This document shows positions 36,301 to 42,900 of a stretch of DNA of 45,799 bases, piece after piece. Each line of letters opens with the position of its first letter. The stretch's first letter is position 1. The translations under genes and the position numbers were made by a program. Source of the stretch: an uncultured Clostridia bacterium (GTDB lineage: Bacteria > Bacillota > Clostridia > CALYAR01); the NCBI GenBank assembly GCA_944393585.1, contig CALYAR010000146.1, positions 1-45,799 on the forward strand. The letters run 5' to 3'. The notes under the pieces are model-generated. The model saw nothing but the letters and a program-made list of their open reading frames with translations, did no database searches and was not told the origin of the DNA.

Positions 36301-39300
36301 AAGATTCGCCTAAAAGGACAGGCGTTGCATTCAAATCTGAAACAATCTGAGCCTGCGCTCCGGGACTTATATTCGTACCAATCTTCATATAGACATTCTT
36401 GCCCGCTTTTTCGTCATATCCTAAAAGGACAGGCTCGAGTCCCTGCAGCGATGGGAGCAATTCCGGATACGTCGGTTCCGCGCTGCCGACGCCGATGCCG
36501 AAGTCAAAACTATCTTCGTCTCCCCAATAATAGGCAATGCCGAGCCCTACACCTATGACTTCCACACTGCCCCATACCTTGTCGGTACTAATTCCTACCG
36601 AAGCACCCGCAATGTCAATTCCGCCGATAAGCCCCACATAGTCTGGGATCCGCACCCTGACTTTCGCGAACGCTTCAAAGAATACATCGTCATTTTCTTT
36701 TTGATCAACAACGATATATCCTCCTCCCGTCAGGATTTGGAACAAATCTACATTGATGGCAACATGGAAATACCATGTCGGCAGCCACTGAAGCTTCAGC
36801 CCTGCATACGGGATAACGGGCGGCGCGTTCGGGACGGAGTCAAGCCTCAGGTTTGACATGGAGAGGCTTATGCCCTGCAGGCTGAACATTCCGTCCGCCT
36901 GGCATGACATTACCTGGATCACCTTGATATAAAGCCGGAGCATAAGCTGCAATGTCGGAAGCTTATCCCTTACCATAATGGTTTCATACAGATTATCAAA
37001 TCCGCCGCCTCCGCCTGTAATGACAACAGCCCCTGCCGGATCCAGGAAAAAGCCCAGTGCCCCTGCCGGGAGATTACAGTAAACAAATAATTTATTCGGA
37101 ACCGGTATTTCATTATCCACGCTCAGCACTTCAAGGGAAGCACCGAAATCCAGGTTTGCAAATTTCAATCCGCCTTCCACTGTGAAGCTGTAATTTCTTA
37201 TTGTGTTTACTTCAAGGCGCGCATTTATCTGCGGCATCGCCTCTGTATAAGACGGAAGCACGATATCCGCGCCGGCGCGGAATCCATAGAATCCGCACAA
37301 ATCTTCTTCGTCCTCACTTTGTGCCGGAATAGATGCAAACAGGACGTCCCGCACCAGAATATTCATTGTCGCCGCCTGCTGCGACTGTATATACCGGTCC
37401 TCATCCGTGAGGTCGTTGTTCTTCCCGAAAAGGACGTTTGCCCTATCGCGCAGATCCCGGGGATGATAGTAATCATTAAAATCGAACGCTGTTAAAATGC
37501 GGTCAAATACATCGTCATACTTCATGTTGTTCTTGTATTTCTGCCCGTTCGGGATCAAAAAACCTATGTCAAAGGACGCTGTAAACGAAACGGTTTTGCC
37601 GACAGCGCTGCCGTTATCGTCATTTATGACGCCGAGTATCCCAAACCCGAGCTGGAATACCGACCCCGCTATCTGCTGCGCGAGATCCAGCCCTGTATGG
37701 CCCCATACCAGAGAAATATAGTTTACATTCGTCTCGTTCTGTCTCTCTCCATGCAGGTTGTATTCCAAAAGGCCGTATTCCTGACCGTTTTCAATACTCG
37801 TCAGCGCGGCCGGGACAGACGCGATATGCGTCCGTTCGCCTGAAGTATATAGTTTCCCGTCAAAGTCAACGTTGATCTTTCTGTTTGCCGCGTTAATATC
37901 ATCATTTTCATAATAGATCTCGATAATCCCATCCTGAAAATCAAGACATTGGTTAATGGTGTATACGTTGTTTGAACCCGACTGCGATGTTCCCGTAAGA
38001 TGCACCATGTTTCCGTGACCATCTGTTACCGCTTCAAATTCCCCTCTTATCTCCAAAAGAATTTCGCTGTAATTTTGATCTGTCTGCTTGTATGTATCAA
38101 ATTCGGCCTCATCTTTAAAGCTTAAAATTGTGTACACCTGATTCGGCGCAGGCGACTTATCCTGCACAACGGCAACGACCCCGTATACGTTATTTTTGTA
38201 TTTCGGGTCCTCGGAAAAGATAAGACGGAGCGCTTCGGAAGTGTAGGAAGAAGGCGTGCCTGGGGCTATGATCTCACTATCATACGCCGACTGCCTCCAG
38301 TTGATATATACATGATATGTGCCGGGCACATATTCTTCCGGCAGAATCAGCGTCATCGTTCCGAGCTCTGCATCGATCACGATATCGTTCGGATCAACCG
38401 TATAGCTGTTCAGTCCGTCATCCGACTCAAGCACGATAGAATAATGCGTCTGGTCGGTAAGCATGGAAAAATTCGTACCGGTAATGATGTACCTGTTCCC
38501 GCCTTTATGATACAAAATTTCCGGATCTGCTCCTGTAAATGTTACCTGAGGCAGATTTCCATCTCCGCCGGGACACAATATATTAAAGCTTTTGCTGCCT
38601 ATCATATTTGCGTTTGAAAAGGTCATCGTCCCGTCAGAAATGTCATAAACCCTGAGTTCTACTCTTCTGTATGCCGCGGATTCGCCGACGGACGCCTTGA
38701 ATTGGAATGTATAATCAAGGACATCGCCGGCCTTAAACCCTTCATATGTCACATAATACGGATTCATGCTGTTTGGCTCAAAATCCAGCTCATTGCCATC
38801 CATATCAAGCGGCGTTATCCCGTTTGTCGTGTATGCAGCGATCGCAATTTTGGGCAGATCATTGGAGGAAAAGTTAGCCATATTGATATTGACCGGGAAT
38901 GACGCATTTCCCACAGCTCCGCTTGCCGGGACATAGCTTTGCCTGTCCGCTGAAAGTTCAAGCGAATTCGGTGTAATGACGTTCAGCGCTACACTCTCTG
39001 AAGCGTCGACGTTGTAGTTAGAATAAACGCCATAGTAACAGCTTACGCTGCCGCTTTCATTTAATCCTATTTCGCCCAAATCATTGTATATCGCATAAGC
39101 GCTGTCTGCCGTCTGATATTCAATATTATTTGCGTTTGTAAATGTCATCGCCGGATCCGGAGTGTATTCAAACACCGTCGACGCAAGATTGTTCCAATGG
39201 GCAAAAACTGCTTTATACGCGGTTGTATTGATCGAATATGCCGCGATGCCTGAAAGTCCGTCATTATCAGACGCATAAATACTCTCCGGAATAAAGCCGG

Positions 39301-39913
39301 AAGAATACTCACTGCCTAAAATCTCCTTTTCACTGCCATATGTTACAGCGTAACCAAGATTGTCGTTTGCGTTATAATACGCATAATCCTGATTTCCGAG
39401 CGACGTATCGAACAAAATTCTTGATTTTATTTTCGCTGGGCTTCCCGATTTCACTTCAGCTTTATAGGAAATTGTTACCATGCCGTGCTGATTGCTCGCC
39501 GTATTCGGTATTTCTATTGTCTGCGTAAATTCAATGCCGTCAACGCTCCACACTGCTTCTATGCTGTCTGCAAGCTGCGTTACTGTCACATCCGAGCTGT
39601 CGAGTCCCAAAAATCCGTAGCTTCCGCCGAATATATATTCCTTCTTTTCCCCGTCACGTTCTACCTCAAACGAAGTAAAAGACGTATCATATTCTCCGTT
39701 GTGATATAATAAATCCTTATTATTGTCTGATTTTTTGAGTTTATCGCCTTCGGCGGTTTTGATTGCAAAACCGCCGTTTTCTGCAGATACATAGACTTCA
39801 ATATTTTCATTTGTTAAGCTGTATTCTCTTTCTCCTTCCGCATATGCAGTTAGAGGAATTATCATGCCCATAATCAGACTAAAGCACAATATAAGCGATA
39901 TACATTTCTTCAT
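33395..39913 (-). CDS. Giant (2172-aa) secreted surface protein with three C-terminal SLH repeats; function unknown
   Basis: The signal peptide is MKKCISLILCFSLIMGMIIPLTAYA, after a GAGAGGAG RBS. The first ~280 aa are unassigned. An IPT/TIG-like module (PQVTFTGADPEILYHKGGNRYIITGTNF) follows, then a Gly-rich central module of about 470 aa. Next come Ig-like modules (ITSMDEAGNASEH) and a divergent InlB-B-repeat-like module (GGTVTGGGEYAPGDTVTLTAQAESGYQFSHWELDG). The SLH repeats occupy nt 33398-33943. Confidence 0.85.
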   Translation of the reverse strand: MKKCISLILCFSLIMGMIIPLTAYAEGEREYSLTNENIEVYVSAENGGFAIKTAEGDKLKKSDNNKDLLYHNGEYDTSFTSFEVERDGEKKEYIFGGSYGFLGLDSSDVTVTQLADSIEAVWSVDGIEFTQTIEIPNTASNQHGMVTISYKAEVKSGSPAKIKSRILFDTSLGNQDYAYYNANDNLGYAVTYGSEKEILGSEYSSGFIPESIYASDNDGLSGIAAYSINTTAYKAVFAHWNNLASTVFEYTPDPAMTFTNANNIEYQTADSAYAIYNDLGEIGLNESGSVSCYYGVYSNYNVDASESVALNVITPNSLELSADRQSYVPASGAVGNASFPVNINMANFSSNDLPKIAIAAYTTNGITPLDMDGNELDFEPNSMNPYYVTYEGFKAGDVLDYTFQFKASVGESAAYRRVELRVYDISDGTMTFSNANMIGSKSFNILCPGGDGNLPQVTFTGADPEILYHKGGNRYIITGTNFSMLTDQTHYSIVLESDDGLNSYTVDPNDIVIDAELGTMTLILPEEYVPGTYHVYINWRQSAYDSEIIAPGTPSSYTSEALRLIFSEDPKYKNNVYGVVAVVQDKSPAPNQVYTILSFKDEAEFDTYKQTDQNYSEILLEIRGEFEAVTDGHGNMVHLTGTSQSGSNNVYTINQCLDFQDGIIEIYYENDDINAANRKINVDFDGKLYTSGERTHIASVPAALTSIENGQEYGLLEYNLHGERQNETNVNYISLVWGHTGLDLAQQIAGSVFQLGFGILGVINDDNGSAVGKTVSFTASFDIGFLIPNGQKYKNNMKYDDVFDRILTAFDFNDYYHPRDLRDRANVLFGKNNDLTDEDRYIQSQQAATMNILVRDVLFASIPAQSEDEEDLCGFYGFRAGADIVLPSYTEAMPQINARLEVNTIRNYSFTVEGGLKFANLDFGASLEVLSVDNEIPVPNKLFVYCNLPAGALGFFLDPAGAVVITGGGGGFDNLYETIMVRDKLPTLQLMLRLYIKVIQVMSCQADGMFSLQGISLSMSNLRLDSVPNAPPVIPYAGLKLQWLPTWYFHVAINVDLFQILTGGGYIVVDQKENDDVFFEAFAKVRVRIPDYVGLIGGIDIAGASVGISTDKVWGSVEVIGVGLGIAYYWGDEDSFDFGIGVGSAEPTYPELLPSLQGLEPVLLGYDEKAGKNVYMKIGTNISPGAQAQIVSDLNATPVLLGESSVQSLDTRMEHRVTIGGNSDEIMTLVYPAKSLEHAQELYSQMSGLPNIKMYPDADANANLTFNDGTATLAVTSGKGTSGTYNITTPVATDITILSVAPIPEVSALTASSGNDGKVNVLYSGENLNELDKISFYLTKEQTVTENSTDSDMLLGVYTDPSDISSGSASFDIPKGLQSGDYYVRAVYSQENVVSNSIAADSKISYVNPDQPQAADIVSYENAGDYCLAAVLNDIPGNISGYIVNVYNEDGSLTDFAGVEIPKSSITDNKLIVGGRFDVPVYDEEGNIVEGETAEVGLESGKRYQIGVSPYYEATEDAGSYRVIGEEVIGSAVTLNAPTQAEISVSSDKDGTLFADGNVTFTVSSNEKLTGVWSIANGYEEGREGYYGEFTDAGTITIPLTDLPDNDYVLEIWGSDETNDSFSHNHKFTVDTTEPRLIVSSPINGSLFGEDGKLTVTGITDPDTYITVEIDGTVTADHVPFSEFDADIDGNGCFSFDLMIDQSVSTHDIKITSMDEAGNASEHEAKINHAGLGKVNRVDVYYNGVLYSNKNISTLGDTNEGQLSLVAETPTGRFTINDDIVNWSVNPVTGNAAVDENGKITLDKQSEGYIVGQFNVTSVAPMTASVTFGALENTSGNVVVVGSTVGGTVTGGGEYAPGDTVTLTAQAESGYQFSHWELDGVTVEDTSSATIKFIMPDSIVHATAHFKTSNSGRPVIIMTDVIATMDADEGELVEYKQLHVENENNVVAQYSTDGGKTYITVAKSAVIDGVFKFIAPVSAKYRIVTDDGTAFRDVTESNWAYEYVDFASIREIVAGVGDNLFEPDGGLTRAMFVTILGRIHGNLGAYDKHSFTDVESGSWYEEYVSWASYNGIVEGYDAEHFGPDDKITREQICAMIDRYMKYEGYNNAAETVDKFTDDALISDWAYDSVETVKNLGIVVGYEDGSFRPQGIATRAEGATIFTKLIYALLTNR

Positions 39914-39944
39914 ATTTACTACTCCTCTCTGTATGAGCCGTTTT

Positions 39945-42900
39945 TTATTCCTGAATCAGCAGATGCGCTAAGAATACTTCTTTATTCTGGCGCACTACAT
40001 AAATCGTGTACCATCCCTCCTGCTCAAAGTTGTACCTATACTCGTCATTTACGCCGTTCTTTATACCGGCAGCTGTCATAGGCTGCATCCACGGCTTCAT
40101 CTGACCTGCCGTATAGAATCCCTTTGCGCAATAGACCTGATACGGTTCAAAAGCCGTTCCTAGAACAGAGTCGTCTGGCAGGCTTACGCTGATTGTATGT
40201 TCGCCCTTTGATGTTGTCACAACGCCTGTGTGTTTCGTAAAGATATCATCTACTTCCACCGTTGTAGCATTCTTTGAGTAAACACTCAGATAACGTATGA
40301 TATCGGCTGTGTTTCCGGCTTCGTCAGCCGCTGTTACCGTATATGCGTAATTGCCTATGGTATTTAGATCTGCCGGCAAGCCCGATCTGTCAACGGTAAG
40401 CGTGATATTTTCGGCACTGGATTTATCATCGCTTACAAACAAGCCGCTTGTGAGCATACCGTCATCAACGCTTGCAATATCGCTGCCCTGGCGTACATAT
40501 ACATAGTCCGAATCTGCCATAATTACAGGCGGCATGGAATCGCCGACCGCTATAGACACGAAGCAGTTCTCTCTGTTTCCGGCCTCGTCTGTCACTGTTA
40601 TTGTATAGAATCCGGCGCTTTGCGCTGTTAATGCAAGAATCGAACCGTCCGGCTCTGTTACTTTAAGGCTGTCGCTTGTTGTAAGGCCATCGTCCAAACT
40701 TACCGTTGCAGGCTTATTTACTGAAAGCTTGAACTCCGCTCCCGAAGGCGTGATCTGCTCCGGTATATCATACGCATAAACCTCCAGTTTTTTTGCATCG
40801 ATCTCATTGACATCGAAATTCACTTCGACAACATTTCCGACATTATCCGTAAACGAATACTCGTAAATACTATTTTCATATACGGTTTCTTCAAACGGAT
40901 CTTCCTTTGTATATGCGCCTCTGCCGTAGAATATGGTCTTATTATCGGCATATGCCCGGATTGTCGCACTGATTGGCTTGCTCGCTCCATCGCGCTTATT
41001 GTATATCACTTCCGTTGTGATATCCGGCACACTCTTATCTATGATGCCGTCTGGAACATTTATTTCAAGCGGCGTTCCGCTCTGACCGTTGAGCGCTTTA
41101 TACTGTACTCTTACGGAGGCCCCCTTTGTAAAAGTAACGATAGCCGAGCTTTCTGTATTTTTCGATATACTTACTCCGTCTTCCTCTGCTGCAGCCGTGT
41201 ATGCGCCGTCTTTCAGGATCTCAAGGTTCAGATCCCTGATATTTTTATTGAACGTAATGAACGCTTCAATGTCCCTGTTTGCAAATTCCGGCAATACAAC
41301 CTGCGAAGTATCGGATGACGGTGAATATGCGACAAGCCTTGCCACCGGCTTTGTATCGTCAATTTCCGCTATCGAGACCACTTTTGTCGTGACATTGCCG
41401 CACTTATCACTTACTGTAAATACAACGTTTCCGTTCTGAGCTGCAGTGTACAGGAACGTATCATTACCTCCTCTTGTGACGCCGCTGGGGCCCAGGACGG
41501 TCAATTCGTCAAAGCGGCTCACATCATCGGTTACGGTTAACTCAATCTCAACGCTGTAACCCTTTACTGTTTTCTTTACATTGCTGATGACCGGCGGCGT
41601 AAAGTCTATGATAAAGCCGCCGTCAAAGTCAAACCTTTTGCTTTGAAGATTATTTTCATCAACCATGACAAGCGAGAATTCAGCATCCTCTGAGTTAATG
41701 TAAATTATATCTCCGACAACTTCCACACCTTCAACATCCGCATTCTGCGCTGTTTCGTATGTAATGCCGGCTGTATCTTCTCCATAAGGCAGCAGCACTG
41801 TCTTTACGTTGTTGGGAGAAAGCGTTGAAGTTGTAATGCTGTACTTTGCCGCGCCGCCGTACTCATTAATCAGATCCTTGTACCTTTCGCTTTCTTCCTC
41901 GCCGATACTGCCTATTATTACAGAGGTGTTGTTCCTCTGCGCATAAATGGATACTTCCATATCCGGCAGCGTCTGGTATACCTGTTCGGATTTTCGTATC
42001 TCAACACCAAGTTCTGCGGTGCATTCCTGCATAAATCCGTAATCATCTGTAACCGTAAAGGTTTTTGTTGTTCCTACAGGATCATTGTAGGTGAATTTGA
42101 AACTGCTTTCTCCAAGCAATGACCTTTCCGGGTCAACAGTATTTACAACGAATGTCGCGTAATCATACGTATATTTCTGTCCGTTTTCATCTTCAAACAG
42201 CCCATTGGGGAAGCTCCACTGCGTTTCAAGCTCCGCAATTTCTTTGTTGATATAGACGTTTACCAAATATTCGGTAAGCAGACCCTCGTTGTTTTGAACA
42301 AGAACCTTGAACGTCCCGTTTTTCGTCACTTTGAGCGTTACGTCCGTATAAAATTCGCCGAAAGCTCCGGCGCTGCCGTCGCTCTGCCATACAGTCGCTT
42401 CACCGGCTTTCATAGACGAATCTATCACATAACCGCCCATCGCCTCCATGTTATAATCGTCATCATTTGGCAGCTCCACCTTAAAGCTGTTGCCGTCAAG
42501 CGACTTGATGCTTACATTCACAATATCTTTATCGCCGTCCTTGGCGTTTACTGCATATACGTCAAGCCTGTCGCCGTCAAATGCTTCGGGCGGCACGGTA
42601 TAAGTGACCTCATGCTCATCTCCGAAATGGTCTTTTACCGTAAGCGTGTATTCGCCGTCCTTATAAACAGGCATCGCTTCAGAGAACTCCCGGAACGTAT
42701 TCTCTGTATCGATCTCGCCTCTGATGCCTCTGTCCGTGAGCTTTGGCTCGGTCACTTCGGCCGGATTCTCCAAAGAAACGGAATAATATGGGGAAACGAT
42801 ATTCCCTTCCGGTCCGAACGGATGATTATCTCTGTCATACTGGAATTCATTCTCCGTAAATTGGATTTCCGGGATGTTCATCGCGCCAGTAGTGACGATA

